Positions 28,903-38,774 of a DNA stretch of 64,000 bases are shown piece after piece (the first letter of the stretch is position 1; the number at the start of each line of letters is the position of its first letter). The notes under the pieces were generated by a model that was not told the origin of the DNA, searched no databases, and was given only the letters and a program-made list of their open reading frames with translations. The translations under genes were made by a program, and so were the position numbers. The stretch comes from Terriglobia bacterium (GTDB lineage Bacteria; Acidobacteriota; Terriglobia; Acidiferrales; UBA7541): positions 640,001 through 704,000 of the forward strand of contig OY968796.1 in NCBI GenBank assembly GCA_963695545.1, read 5' to 3'.

Positions 28903-29859
28903 ATGGACGCGACATCGGGCGTAGTTCTGTTCCTGGGATTGCTCGTATTTCTCTTCGTGTTGAGCGTAATTTTCGGTTCGTTCTTCACTGTGCAGACTTC
29001 GCAAGTGGCGATCGTGCAGCGCCTCGGGAAGTTCGCGCGCGTCGCGGGACCGGGTTTGAACTGGAAGACGCCGCTGATCGAAACCGTGATTACGCGCATG
29101 AGCATGAAGGTGCAGCAATTCGACGTGCAGGTGGAAACGAAAACGCAGGACAACGTGTTCGTGCAGATTCCGGTCTCGATCCAATACAAAGTGATGCCGG
29201 ATGGCGTGGAGTCCGCGTTCTACAAATTGACGAACCCGGTGAAGCAGATCGAATCGATGGTTTACAACGTGGCGCTGGGCCACGTTCCAAAAATGAAGCT
29301 GGACGATACCTTCCTGAACCAAGCGGACATCGCGACCGACCTGAGGGACAATCTGGATGGATCGATGAAGGAGTACGGCTACTCGATCGTGAAAGTGCTG
29401 ATCTCGGACATCGTGCCGGACCAGAAGGTGAAGGCGGCCATGAACGATATCAACGCGGCGCAGCGGGAGCGGGAAGCCACGGTGTCTCGCGCGGAGACGA
29501 ATAAGATGCTGCTGGTGAAGCAGGCGGAGGCCGAGGCGGAATCGAAGCGGCTGCAGGGAGAAGGCATCGCGAATCAGCGCAAGGCCATCATTTCCGGGCT
29601 GAAGGATTCGGTGGAGGATTTTGCCAAGGCCGTGGCGGGCTCGACGCCACAGGACGTGATGCAACTTGTGCTGATGACGCAATACTTCGACACGCTCAAG
29701 GAAATCGCGGCGAACGATCACACCAACGCGATCCTGATCCCGCATACGCCGAATACGCTGACGGACCTGTTCGGTCAAATCCGGAATGCGCTGGTGACGG
29801 GAGTGGAACTCTCGAAGACGCCCGTCGTGGGTCCGGCAGTGGAATCGACCCATCGATAA
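28903..29859 (+). CDS. SPFH/band-7 family membrane protein
   Basis: N-terminal TM; IVQRLGKFARVAGPGL, ETKTQDNVFV, AMNDINAAQR, LMTQYFDTLKEI. Confidence 0.93.
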   Translation: MDATSGVVLFLGLLVFLFVLSVIFGSFFTVQTSQVAIVQRLGKFARVAGPGLNWKTPLIETVITRMSMKVQQFDVQVETKTQDNVFVQIPVSIQYKVMPDGVESAFYKLTNPVKQIESMVYNVALGHVPKMKLDDTFLNQADIATDLRDNLDGSMKEYGYSIVKVLISDIVPDQKVKAAMNDINAAQREREATVSRAETNKMLLVKQAEAEAESKRLQGEGIANQRKAIISGLKDSVEDFAKAVAGSTPQDVMQLVLMTQYFDTLKEIAANDHTNAILIPHTPNTLTDLFGQIRNALVTGVELSKTPVVGPAVESTHR

Positions 29860-30009
29860 AACGCCCAACGAGACACGCGGGGTTCGTCTGATGTATCGAC
29901 GAAACGGCGCGCTCGAATCGTGCTCACAACGCATGCGCGCCGAGCCGCGGCGGTGGGCGGCAGAATCCAGCGCAACGCAGAAGGGCCGAGTGCACATCAA
30001 AGCTGTGTC

Positions 30010-31356
30010 GTGAAAATCGCTCTTCCATTCGTCACGCTTATTGCGATTGTATTCGGGGTCTCGATTTCGGCGCCATCGCGCGCGCGGCAGAGCGCGGCCG
30101 CATCGAGCGCGACCGGCTCGCCGACGTTCTACCGCGATGTGCTGCCGATTCTGCAAGAGCGCTGCGAGGCGTGTCACCGCGTGGGCGAGATTGGGCCGAT
30201 GCCGCTGGTGAGCTACGCGCAGGTGCGGTCGTTCGCACGGGTCATCGCAGCATCTGTCACGGCGCGCAAAATGCCGCCGTGGTTTGCCGATCCGCACGTT
30301 GGGCACTTCTCGAACGATCCGTCGCTCACGCCGAAGGAGATCGCGACGCTGGTAACGTGGGCGGAAACCGGCGCGCCTGCCGGCAATCCGCGCGACGCTC
30401 CCGCGGCGCCGCAATTTGCGCGCGGATGGATCATTCCGCAGCCGGATATTGTGTTTCGGATGCCAACGCCGGTGGCGCTTCCGGCCGAGGGCGACGTGCC
30501 CTATACATATGAAATCGTGCACACGGGATTCACCGAGGGCAAGTGGGTGAGCAAGTCCGAAATTCGGCCGACGAGCCGCGAGAATGTGCATCACGCAGTG
30601 GTGTACGTTCGCCCGCCCGGGTCCGATTGGCTGCGGCATGCGCGCATCGGGGTGCCCTTCACTGCGGCGGATATGACGGATGAGCAGGATCGCCTCGATA
30701 CGCACATGACGACGGCCGACATTTTGCTGGTCTACGCGCCGGGGAGTTCGCCGGACAACTGGCCGGCGGGCATGGCGAAATTTATTCCCGCGGGATCCGA
30801 TCTTGTATTTCAGATGCATTACACGACGCACGGTCATCGCGCCGTGGATCAGGCCAGCATCGGGCTGATCTTCGCGAAGCAGCCGCCGGAAAAGCGCGTG
30901 CTCACGCTGCAATTGACGAACGATTCCTTTGTGATCCCGCCCGGCGTGCCGGATTTTCGCGTGGAAGTGCACGGTTCGCTGCCGCAGGACGCGGAGCTGC
31001 TGAGTTTTTTTCCGCACATGCACCTGCGCGGGAAGCGATTTGAGTACAACATTCTGAATACGGATGGCTCGATCGATCCGCTGCTGCGCGTGAATTACGA
31101 TTTCTACTGGCAATTGAGCTATCGGCTGGCCGAGCCGATGCCGCTGAAAGCCGGGACGGTGCTGCAAGCCGTGGCGTGGTACGACAACTCGAAGGATAAT
31201 CCGCACAATCCCGATCCGGATTCCGCGGTTAGCTGGGGCGATCAGACTTACGATGAAATGATGGTGGGATTTTTCGATATCGCGGTGCCGGCGAACGTGG
31301 ATAAGGCGCACTACTTTATTCGCGAGATTTGTGGACCGACGGGGAATGCGCGATGA
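30010..31356 (+). CDS. Secreted cytochrome c / copper type II ascorbate-dependent monooxygenase-like fusion
   Basis: Heme motif CEACH with MPPW; candidate Cu ligands VHH, QMHY, PHMH and DEMM. GTG start estimated. Confidence 0.8.
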   Translation: MKIALPFVTLIAIVFGVSISAPSRARQSAAASSATGSPTFYRDVLPILQERCEACHRVGEIGPMPLVSYAQVRSFARVIAASVTARKMPPWFADPHVGHFSNDPSLTPKEIATLVTWAETGAPAGNPRDAPAAPQFARGWIIPQPDIVFRMPTPVALPAEGDVPYTYEIVHTGFTEGKWVSKSEIRPTSRENVHHAVVYVRPPGSDWLRHARIGVPFTAADMTDEQDRLDTHMTTADILLVYAPGSSPDNWPAGMAKFIPAGSDLVFQMHYTTHGHRAVDQASIGLIFAKQPPEKRVLTLQLTNDSFVIPPGVPDFRVEVHGSLPQDAELLSFFPHMHLRGKRFEYNILNTDGSIDPLLRVNYDFYWQLSYRLAEPMPLKAGTVLQAVAWYDNSKDNPHNPDPDSAVSWGDQTYDEMMVGFFDIAVPANVDKAHYFIREICGPTGNAR

Positions 31357-31420
31357 AAGGCGGGACGCGAAATTGTTGATTACGGGGGAGTTCGCAGGGC
31401 GCTCGAGTGGCAGCGAAACG

Positions 31421-31600
31421 CCTATATACACCCCCGGTATATTTTGCGAAAGAGCAGAAAACACGGGACTTGCAGCGAAAGAGTGCGGATGAGTGTGAAA
31501 AGAAAGCGTGTTAAAAATGTTTCTTATGAGTGAGTTGCGCACTCTTTTGCAATGGACTGAAAGCAAATGGTTTGTGGGCGCGGAAAATGTGGTGATGGAC
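31421..31600 (-). repeat. Dispersed non-coding repeat element, copy B
   Basis: 31421-31501 is homologous to 2-82; internal perfect 10-bp inverted repeat AAAGAGTGCG (31478-31487) / CGCACTCTTT (31538-31547). Upstream boundary uncertain. Confidence 0.75.
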
Positions 31601-31679
31601 ACGACGCGATCCGGTCGCAGGGGACAGAGAGTAGAGCGAGGCGGAGGAGAATTCGAATTGGTGAGGGCGAACACGTAAG

Positions 31680-31708
31680 AGGATAGCATTTGTGTCCAGA
31701 GTTGTCAA
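31680..31708 (-). promoter_or_regulatory. Orphan near-consensus sigma-70 promoter facing the repeat element
   Basis: TTGACA-N17-TATCCT with extended -10 TG and an AT-rich upstream tract. Confidence 0.7.
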
Positions 31709-31743
31709 TAACTAAATGAGTATTCGAAATAAATTTCGCGGAC

Positions 31744-31774
31744 AAAAACGGGCGGAGGCAAGCTCCGCCCGTAC
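31744..31774 (-). terminator. Hairpin with U-tract (terminator or REP-like)
   Basis: ACGGGCGGAG-GCAAG-CTCCGCCCGT perfect 10-bp stem next to an A5 tract. Confidence 0.6.
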
Positions 31775-31920
31775 AACTGCTTACGGAAACGGTCGGGCCT
31801 CGATTCCCTGCTCATTCGAATGCGATCGCGGCAAGCTGGAGTGAGGGCGTCGGTGAACGATTTGAGACGGACTAATTCTTCCGGGATCGAAGTGGAGATC
31901 GCGCTCGGCGCTACGGCTTG

Positions 31921-32021
31921 TGTCGCCCCTACGGGGCTGAAAACATTTGGTAAAAAATAAAAAGGGGCTTCGTACCCAGGGCTTACGCCCTGGGCTAAGC
32001 TCTGCCGCCCCTACGGGGCTG
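31921..32021. repeat. Composite REP/MITE-like element
   Basis: CGCCCCTACGGGGCTG repeated exactly at 31924-31939 and 32006-32021, flanking the hairpin CCCAGGGC-TTAC-GCCCTGGG (31975-31994). Confidence 0.8.
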
Positions 32022-32201
32022 GTTCTGCGACGCGCGGGAAATTGAGCGGCGTAGCATGCGCCCCGGATGGAAAAGGTTGTGGACGCACTCGACGATCCGG
32101 TGAATTCGAGCCACCGATCGCCATCGCTTACCGAATTACGAAGTAGCTCTGACGGCGAAATCGTTGTGTCGATCACGAGAGAGGCGTACGATTTGCCGGC
32201 T

Positions 32202-33800
32202 ATGACAACTCATTCGAGATATCGATTTGCAATGAAATTTGCGGTGATTGCGGTGATTGCTGCGTGCGTCGTCGTTGTTGCGGCGCGGCAGGTGCCGGCT
32301 GGCTCGGCTTCGTTGCCACTGGTGATTCAGACCGATAACGGCGCGGTGCAAGGGGCGCCGGGAACTGTGGCGGGCGTGCGGGCGTTCAAGGGGATTCCGT
32401 TTGCGGCGCCGCCGGTGGGGGATTTGCGGTGGCGCGCGCCGCAGCCGGCGGCGGCGTGGAAGGGCACGCTGGACGCGACGCATTTTGGCGCGATCTGTCC
32501 GCAGCATTTGCACACCCCGGGTTCGATTTCTTACTTCGATCCTGGTCCGCAGACGCCGAGCGAGGATTGCCTGACGCTGAATGTGTGGACGGCGGCGCGC
32601 GCGGCGAGCGACAAGCTGCCGGTGATGGTGTGGATTTACGGCGGGGCGTTCGATCACGGCTCGAGCATGGAAAAATATTATTGGAGCGACGATCTGGCGC
32701 ACAAGGGCGCGGTGGTGGTGACGTTCAATTACCGCGTGGGCGCGCTTGGATTTCTGGCGTATCCGGAGCTTTCGGCGGAGTCGGAACATCACACATCGGG
32801 GAATTACGGGCTGCTGGACCAGATCGCGGCGCTGGAGTGGGTGCGTCGCAATATTGCGGCGTTTGGCGGCGATCCAAACAACGTGACGATTTTCGGGCAA
32901 TCGGCGGGCGCGATGTCCGTGACGGACCTAACGGTTTCGCCGCTGGCGGCGGGGCTTTTCGGGCGCGCGATCGCGGAGAGCGGCGGGCTGGGACGCGCGC
33001 CGCGAAAATTGGCTGAGGCGGAAACCGCGGGAGTGGCGTGGGCGGCGTCAGTGGGAGCGAAAAATTTGGCGGATTTGCGGCGGCTGACGCCGGAACAATT
33101 AATCGCGGTGCCCGCGCCCGGCGGGCCGATTGTGGATGGGTACGTGATTCCGGACGATCCGGCGGCGATCTATCGCGCGGGGAAACAGGCCGATGTGCCG
33201 ATGATCTTCGGCTCAACCTCGAACGAAGGCGGGTTGAGCAAGATCACGATCACGGCTGCGGCGGCGCAGGCGAATGCGCAGACCTTGTATGGCGCGGACG
33301 CCGCCGCGTATCTTGCGCTGTATCCTGCGAGCACGGATGCGGAGGCGGTTGACTCGGCATACCTGTTTATTGCCGAGCGCGCGGCCGCGAACGAGCGGAC
33401 TTTGGCGCGTTTGGCGAGCACGACGGGCAAATCGCCGGTCTATTTGTATCGCTGGAGCCACGCGCTGCCGGAACCGGCGGACGCGAATTTCAGCGAGGGA
33501 CCAAATTCACAGTTTGGCGCGTACCATGCTTCGGAGCTGCTGTACGTGTTCGACGACCTGCATTTGAGAGATTGGCCGTGGACGGATGTGGATCGGCGGC
33601 TGGCGGATGAGATGTCGCAGTATTGGTTCAATTTCGCGGCGACGGGTAATCCGAATGGGGCTGGATTGCCGGTGTGGCCGGCGTTCGACGCGCAACATCC
33701 GATGATGATGAATTTTGGGGACGTGCCGGCGGCGGAGGCGGTGTCGCGGGCGGCGGCGCTGGATTTTATCGATGCGCATCCGGCGGCGATGCGGAGATAG
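32202..33800 (+). CDS. Secreted type-B carboxylesterase
   Basis: FKGIPFAAPPVGDLRW, SEDCLTLNVW, GNYGLLDQ, FGQSAG, GAYHASEL. Confidence 0.95.
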   Translation: MTTHSRYRFAMKFAVIAVIAACVVVVAARQVPAGSASLPLVIQTDNGAVQGAPGTVAGVRAFKGIPFAAPPVGDLRWRAPQPAAAWKGTLDATHFGAICPQHLHTPGSISYFDPGPQTPSEDCLTLNVWTAARAASDKLPVMVWIYGGAFDHGSSMEKYYWSDDLAHKGAVVVTFNYRVGALGFLAYPELSAESEHHTSGNYGLLDQIAALEWVRRNIAAFGGDPNNVTIFGQSAGAMSVTDLTVSPLAAGLFGRAIAESGGLGRAPRKLAEAETAGVAWAASVGAKNLADLRRLTPEQLIAVPAPGGPIVDGYVIPDDPAAIYRAGKQADVPMIFGSTSNEGGLSKITITAAAAQANAQTLYGADAAAYLALYPASTDAEAVDSAYLFIAERAAANERTLARLASTTGKSPVYLYRWSHALPEPADANFSEGPNSQFGAYHASELLYVFDDLHLRDWPWTDVDRRLADEMSQYWFNFAATGNPNGAGLPVWPAFDAQHPMMMNFGDVPAAEAVSRAAALDFIDAHPAAMRR

Positions 33801-33830
33801 GGCGCGCCGCGCGTACGTGAAGCAAAGGCA

Positions 33831-33857
33831 AGATGGAGGCCTGAAGGCCTCCGCTAC
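33831..33857. repeat. GTAG-type REP element
   Basis: GGAGGCC-TGAA-GGCCTCC-GCTAC palindrome; second copy at 19416-19442. Confidence 0.75.
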
Positions 33858-33951
33858 ATACACCGGCGGAACAATCCCAGACTAGGATACGAACGCGGAT
33901 TTGGAGCGCCGGACGCGGGGCTGTTAATATAGATAGGTTCCGAGAGACAAC

Positions 33952-35211
33952 ATGCTGATTCCGGCGGTCATCAACAAGAAAACATACGGCGTGCGCGTGG
34001 GGCACGTGATGGTGGGGGGCGGGGCGCCGGTCGTCGTGCAGTCGATGACGAATACGGATACGGCGGATGCTGCGTCGACGGCGAAGCAATGTATCGAGTT
34101 GTCGGAGGCGGGGTCGGAGCTGGTGCGCGTGACGGTGAATGTGCCGGAAGCGGCGGCGGCGGTGCCGGAGATCAAACGGCGGATGGTGGATGCGGGAGCG
34201 GCGGCTCCGCTGATCGGGGACTTTCATTACAACGGGCACATTTTGCTGACGAAAGACCCGGCGTGTGCGGCGGCGCTCGATAAATATCGCATCAATCCGG
34301 GGAACGTGGGCGCGGGGGCGCGGCGCGACGAACAATTTTCGACGATCTGCCGCATCGCGCGCGACAATGGCAAGCCGGTGCGCATCGGCGTGAATGGCGG
34401 CTCGCTGAATCAGGAATTGGTGATGCGCAAGATGCAGGAGAATACCGACGGCGATTTAGGGAAATCCTCGGACGACATACTGAACGAGTGCATGGTGCTT
34501 TCGGCGTTGGAATCGACCGAGCTGGCGCTGGAATCGGGGCTCACGCACGAACAGATCATTATTTCGTGCAAGGTGTCGAAACCGCAGAACTTGATCCGCG
34601 TGTATCGCAATCTGGCGAAGCGCACCGAGCAGCCGCTGCATCTTGGATTGACCGAAGCGGGGATGGGGATGAAGGGCGCGATCTGGTCGGCCACGGCGAT
34701 GGGGATTTTGCTGAATGAAGGCATCGGCGACACGATTCGGATTTCGCTGACGCCGGCGCCGGGCGGCGATCGGCGCGAGGAAGTGTACGCGTCGTGCGAA
34801 TTGCTGCAGGCGCTCGGGCTGCGCTCGTTCGCGCCGAGCGTGACGGCTTGCCCGGGATGCGGGCGCACGACGAGCACCACGTTTCAAGAATTGGCCGAAC
34901 ACGTTCAGGAATACATTCGCGACACGATGCCGGAGTGGAAGCTGAAGTACGAGGGCGTGGAGACGATGACCATGGCGGTGATGGGCTGCATCGTGAATGG
35001 GCCGGGGGAATCGAAGGCCGCGAATATTGGAATCAGCTTGCCGGGCACGGGCGAGGCGCCGCGGTGTCCGGTTTACATCGACGGAGAGAAAGTTGTGACG
35101 CTCGAGGGCAATTACGCCGAGCTGGCCGCGGCGTTCGAGACTTTGGTGAACAACTACGTGGCTGCGAAATACCCGCCGAAAGCGCCGGCGACGGCGCGCG
35201 TTTCTTCTTAG
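33952..35211 (+). CDS. ispG: 4-hydroxy-3-methylbut-2-enyl-diphosphate synthase
   Basis: [47 protein letters not shown]. Confidence 0.98.
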   Translation: MLIPAVINKKTYGVRVGHVMVGGGAPVVVQSMTNTDTADAASTAKQCIELSEAGSELVRVTVNVPEAAAAVPEIKRRMVDAGAAAPLIGDFHYNGHILLTKDPACAAALDKYRINPGNVGAGARRDEQFSTICRIARDNGKPVRIGVNGGSLNQELVMRKMQENTDGDLGKSSDDILNECMVLSALESTELALESGLTHEQIIISCKVSKPQNLIRVYRNLAKRTEQPLHLGLTEAGMGMKGAIWSATAMGILLNEGIGDTIRISLTPAPGGDRREEVYASCELLQALGLRSFAPSVTACPGCGRTTSTTFQELAEHVQEYIRDTMPEWKLKYEGVETMTMAVMGCIVNGPGESKAANIGISLPGTGEAPRCPVYIDGEKVVTLEGNYAELAAAFETLVNNYVAAKYPPKAPATARVSS

Positions 35212-35221
35212 GCAGACACCG

Positions 35222-35530
35222 ATGAAAATTTCACGCGAGGACGTCCTGAAGGTTGCGGCGCTGGCGTATCTGGAGCTTGGCGAAGACGAAGTGGAAATGT
35301 TCCGCAGCCAACTGGATTCGATTCTCAATTACGTCGCGAAGCTCGACGAGCTGGACACGTCGAGCGTGGAGCCGATGGCGCAGACGCTCGATTCGGGGAG
35401 CGCGAGCGCGGCGGGCACGCCGCTGCGCGATGATGTCGTGGTGCCGTGCGCGATCATCGACGAGGCTCTGGCGGCAGCGCCCGACCCGGCGCCGCCATTT
35501 TTCCGCGTGCCGAAAGTGATCGACCGATGA
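35222..35530 (+). CDS. gatC: Asp/Glu-tRNA amidotransferase subunit C
   Basis: ISREDVLKVAALA, LDELDTSSVEPM, FFRVPKVI. Confidence 0.95.
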   Translation: MKISREDVLKVAALAYLELGEDEVEMFRSQLDSILNYVAKLDELDTSSVEPMAQTLDSGSASAAGTPLRDDVVVPCAIIDEALAAAPDPAPPFFRVPKVIDR

Positions 35531-36999
35531 CGGCGGCGGGGGCGGGGGCCAATGGGAGCGGTGACTGGACGATCGCGTCGGTGACGGCGGCGCTCGCGGC
35601 GAAGAAGATTTCGGCGCGGGAGCTGACGCGCGAGCACTACGAGCGCATTGCGCGGCGGAATCCGGAACTGAACGCGTTTCTCGCGCTGTGTCCGGAGCGG
35701 GCCTACGCACAGGCCGATCGCGTGGACGCGATGATCTCGGCGGGCGCGGCGTTGCCGGCGCTGGCGGGCGTGCCGATCGCGATAAAGGACGTGTTCACCA
35801 TGCGCGGCGTGCCGACCACGTGCGGTTCGCGCATCCTCGAAGGATATCGGCCGCCGTACGACGCGACGGCGGTCGAACGGCTCGAGGCGGCGGGGGCCAT
35901 ACTGCTCGGCAAAACGAACTGCGATGAATTTGCGATGGGCAGCTCGAATGAGAATTCGGCTTACGGGCCCGTGCGCAATCCTGTGGCGCTGGACCGCGTG
36001 CCGGGCGGATCGAGCGGCGGATCGGCGGCGGCCGTGGCGGCGGGGCTGGCGGTGGCGGCGCTGGGCTCGGACACGGGTGGATCGGTGCGGCAACCGGGAT
36101 CGTTCTGCGGGATACCGGCGCTTTTGCCGAGCTATGGGCGGATTTCGCGGTATGGGCTGATCGCGTTCGCGTCGTCGCTTGACCGCGTGGCGCCGTTTGC
36201 GCGAAACGTGCGGGATATTGCCGCGGTGCTCGACGTGATGGCGGGGCGCGACCCGAACGATTCGACTTCGGCTGCGGCGCCGGCGCCGAAGTCGCTTGCG
36301 GCGCTGGATCGGCCGTTCGCTGGGGTGCGCATCGGCGTGCCGACGGAGTGCTTCCCGGCGGGCATGAACGCGGCGGTGCGGGAGAAAGTGGAGGCGGGAA
36401 TCGCGCAACTGGAGCGGCTGGGATGTAAGCGCGTTCCGGTGCGTTTGCCGCACTCCGAGCACGCGATCGCGGCGTACTACATCATTGCCACGGCCGAGGC
36501 CAGCTCGAATTTGGCGCGCTACGATGGCGTGCGGTACGGGCTGCGGGTGCCGGGAGCGACGCTGGTCGAGATGTACCAGAAGACGCGCGGGCGCGGCTTT
36601 GGCAATGAGGTGAAGCGGCGGATTGTGCTCGGGACCTACGTGCTGTCGTCGGGCTATTACGACGCGTATTACTTGAAGGCGCAGAAGGTGCGCACGTTGA
36701 TCGCGCGCGATTTTGCGAATGCGTTTGCCGAAGTCGATTTGATCGTCACGCCGACTTCGCCTGTGCCGGCGTTTAAGCTGGGCGAGCGCTCCGACGACCC
36801 GCTTTCCATGTATTTGGCGGATATTTACACGGTCACGGGATCGCTGGCGGGGATCACCGGCATCTCCGTGCCGTGCGGTGCGACGGCCGACGGGCTGCCG
36901 ATTGGGATGCAAATCTACGCGCCGGCGTTCAGCGAGGACCGATTGCTGCAGGCCGCGCACGCGTTCGAACAAGCCCGGGCGAGGGCGCAAACGAACTGA
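35527..36999 (+). CDS. gatA: Asp/Glu-tRNA amidotransferase subunit A
   Basis: GKTNCDEFAMGSS, PGGSSGGSAA, SSNLARYDGVRYG, EVKRRIVLGTYVLS; ATGA overlap with gatC. Confidence 0.98.
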   Translation: MTAAGAGANGSGDWTIASVTAALAAKKISARELTREHYERIARRNPELNAFLALCPERAYAQADRVDAMISAGAALPALAGVPIAIKDVFTMRGVPTTCGSRILEGYRPPYDATAVERLEAAGAILLGKTNCDEFAMGSSNENSAYGPVRNPVALDRVPGGSSGGSAAAVAAGLAVAALGSDTGGSVRQPGSFCGIPALLPSYGRISRYGLIAFASSLDRVAPFARNVRDIAAVLDVMAGRDPNDSTSAAAPAPKSLAALDRPFAGVRIGVPTECFPAGMNAAVREKVEAGIAQLERLGCKRVPVRLPHSEHAIAAYYIIATAEASSNLARYDGVRYGLRVPGATLVEMYQKTRGRGFGNEVKRRIVLGTYVLSSGYYDAYYLKAQKVRTLIARDFANAFAEVDLIVTPTSPVPAFKLGERSDDPLSMYLADIYTVTGSLAGITGISVPCGATADGLPIGMQIYAPAFSEDRLLQAAHAFEQARARAQTN

Positions 37000-37313
37000 C
37001 GAGAAGTCGGTGGCGCGATGCGAGCGACGATGGCGCGCTTCAAGAAACCGTAAGGTTCGATGTAAATGCGTATAGTTTTTTCCCATGCCGGCACATTTTC
37101 CGCAAAAAGAACTCTGCAAAATCTAAAGAATTTGTCGCCGCGCAAGAATTATTTCGGCGTAACTAACGCACACATCTGACTTTGCGCGTTGCGTCGCATG
37201 CCTCGGGTACTAGACGAATAGAACGGAAATACTATTGCTCTAGATTTTGTACGCCGAGTAGCATGCAGTCAGGGTTGAACGAAGCTGAACGAGGCGCGGC
37301 GGGTGAGGCAAGC

Positions 37314-37577
37314 ATGAGCGTCGTCGTAAAGTCGAGTCAAAAGATCTTCACGGCCGAAGAGATTTCTGGCCTCACGGGAATTTGCCTGGAACATCTGCGC
37401 GCCACCGCCCGCAACAAGCACCTGGGCTTCATCTCTTACGCAGCGCAAGCCGCGGAAGAACAAGTGGAAGCGGCGGGCAAGCAAGTGGAAGCCGCCAGCC
37501 GGCAGGTCGAGCAGTGGCTATTCACGAACTCCGACCTGATGGTGTTGGCAGTGCTGCAGCCACGCTGCGAGCACTAA
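37314..37577 (+). CDS. Small hypothetical protein (possible HTH-like fold) with an internal 7-aa repeat
   Basis: GAGG RBS; FTAEEISGLTGICLEHLR; QVEAAGK-QVEAASR-QVE repeat. Confidence 0.65.
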   Translation: MSVVVKSSQKIFTAEEISGLTGICLEHLRATARNKHLGFISYAAQAAEEQVEAAGKQVEAASRQVEQWLFTNSDLMVLAVLQPRCEH

Positions 37578-37700
37578 AGCAGCGCCTCCTGATCTAACCC
37601 CCAACGGACAATTTCGAACGTGCGCCGAAGTGTGCTCGTTCCGAGCCAGGCTAGGCGCGGCCCCTACGCTCACCTGTTTCGTCAAAGCGGCGCACGGTGG

Positions 37701-38774
37701 CTACTGCGTCGGCGGCATCGGCGTCTTGCCGGTGATCTCGTTATAGGCACGCTCGATGGCCAGCGGACTTCCGCCGGCAAAGCCGGGGATGCTGGAATAG
37801 CGGCTGAGGTCAATCGACTGCTTGGCCTGATCGAGAGTCATGCCCTTCGAGACGGCGTCGCGCACCGCGGCAACCATGTCCCGCATATAGGAAAGCAGCA
37901 ATTCGAGCTGCTGCTTGCCCTCCTCGACGTCGCCATGGCCGGGAATGGCGCGGTCCCAATCAAGCTTGTCGATCGATTCCAGGGTGGAGACGAGCTCGAC
38001 AGGATAGGAATCGCGCATGTTCGGGAAATTGAAGGTGAGCAGGTCGCCGGTGATCACGATTTTCTCTTTCGGGAGATAGACGACAGTCTCGCCACGCGTG
38101 TGAGCCAAACCGAAATGGTAGAGGCAAATGTCGCGATCGGGCGTGTGCAGGACGAGCGCGCGATCATAGGTGAGTGTGGGCGGGGTGATGCGAATCTGCG
38201 GAATCTCGGCGAGGTAGCCCTTCTGGAGCTCGAGTTGACGCACGATGCGCGCGCGAGCGTCGGGCGTGAGCGTCGCGCCTTGGGCGTCCTTGCCGTTGGC
38301 TAGGGTTTTTTCGAGCTGGGCGATCTGGTTCGGCAGGTCGGTCGAAAGCAATTGCTGCAGGGTGGCCGGATTCTTCGCCAGGATGTCTTCGCGTGTGGCT
38401 TGCTGCGCGATGATTTCGACGTCAGGACCGAAGGCTTCGACATAAGCCTGATTGCCCATCGAGTGGTCGGGGTGGAAGTGCGTGTTGACGACGTAGCGCA
38501 CGGGCTTCGGCGTCACCTGGCGGATCTCGGCAATGACTTCGCGCGCCCAACTGGGGCGCTCCTGGGTGTCCACGACGAGGACGTTGTCGCGGTTAATGAT
38601 GAACGTGCCGTTCCCGCCGAGAACGCCATTGATCGCGATAGCGGCGTAAACGTCGTCCGTCAACTGAACGAACTTGAAGGATGGCGGTTCCGGCGCCACC
38701 GGAACGGGCGCCTGCGCGCGCGCCGCCACACCAAAAACCGCCAACGCAGCAAGTGCCCAACGAATCGGTGGCAT
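37701..38774 (-). CDS. Secreted MBL-fold metallo-hydrolase
   Basis: NTHFHPDHSMGN, AHTRGE, TGDL, IPGHG; signal peptide; AGAGGAG RBS. Confidence 0.92.
   Translation of the reverse strand: MPPIRWALAALAVFGVAARAQAPVPVAPEPPSFKFVQLTDDVYAAIAINGVLGGNGTFIINRDNVLVVDTQERPSWAREVIAEIRQVTPKPVRYVVNTHFHPDHSMGNQAYVEAFGPDVEIIAQQATREDILAKNPATLQQLLSTDLPNQIAQLEKTLANGKDAQGATLTPDARARIVRQLELQKGYLAEIPQIRITPPTLTYDRALVLHTPDRDICLYHFGLAHTRGETVVYLPKEKIVITGDLLTFNFPNMRDSYPVELVSTLESIDKLDWDRAIPGHGDVEEGKQQLELLLSYMRDMVAAVRDAVSKGMTLDQAKQSIDLSRYSSIPGFAGGSPLAIERAYNEITGKTPMPPTQ

Noticed and set aside
28372..31689. 1105-aa minus-strand ORF starting near the orphan promoter
   Set aside because: It is the antisense shadow of the SPFH and monooxygenase genes: Arg/His-rich, no motifs, and its start codon lies within the promoter itself. 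Long stop-free antisense frames are expected in GC-rich DNA.
37070..37190. Possible third copy of the dispersed AT-rich element
   Set aside because: It shares only a 12-mer (CACATTTTCCGC) with copy B; no extended alignment.
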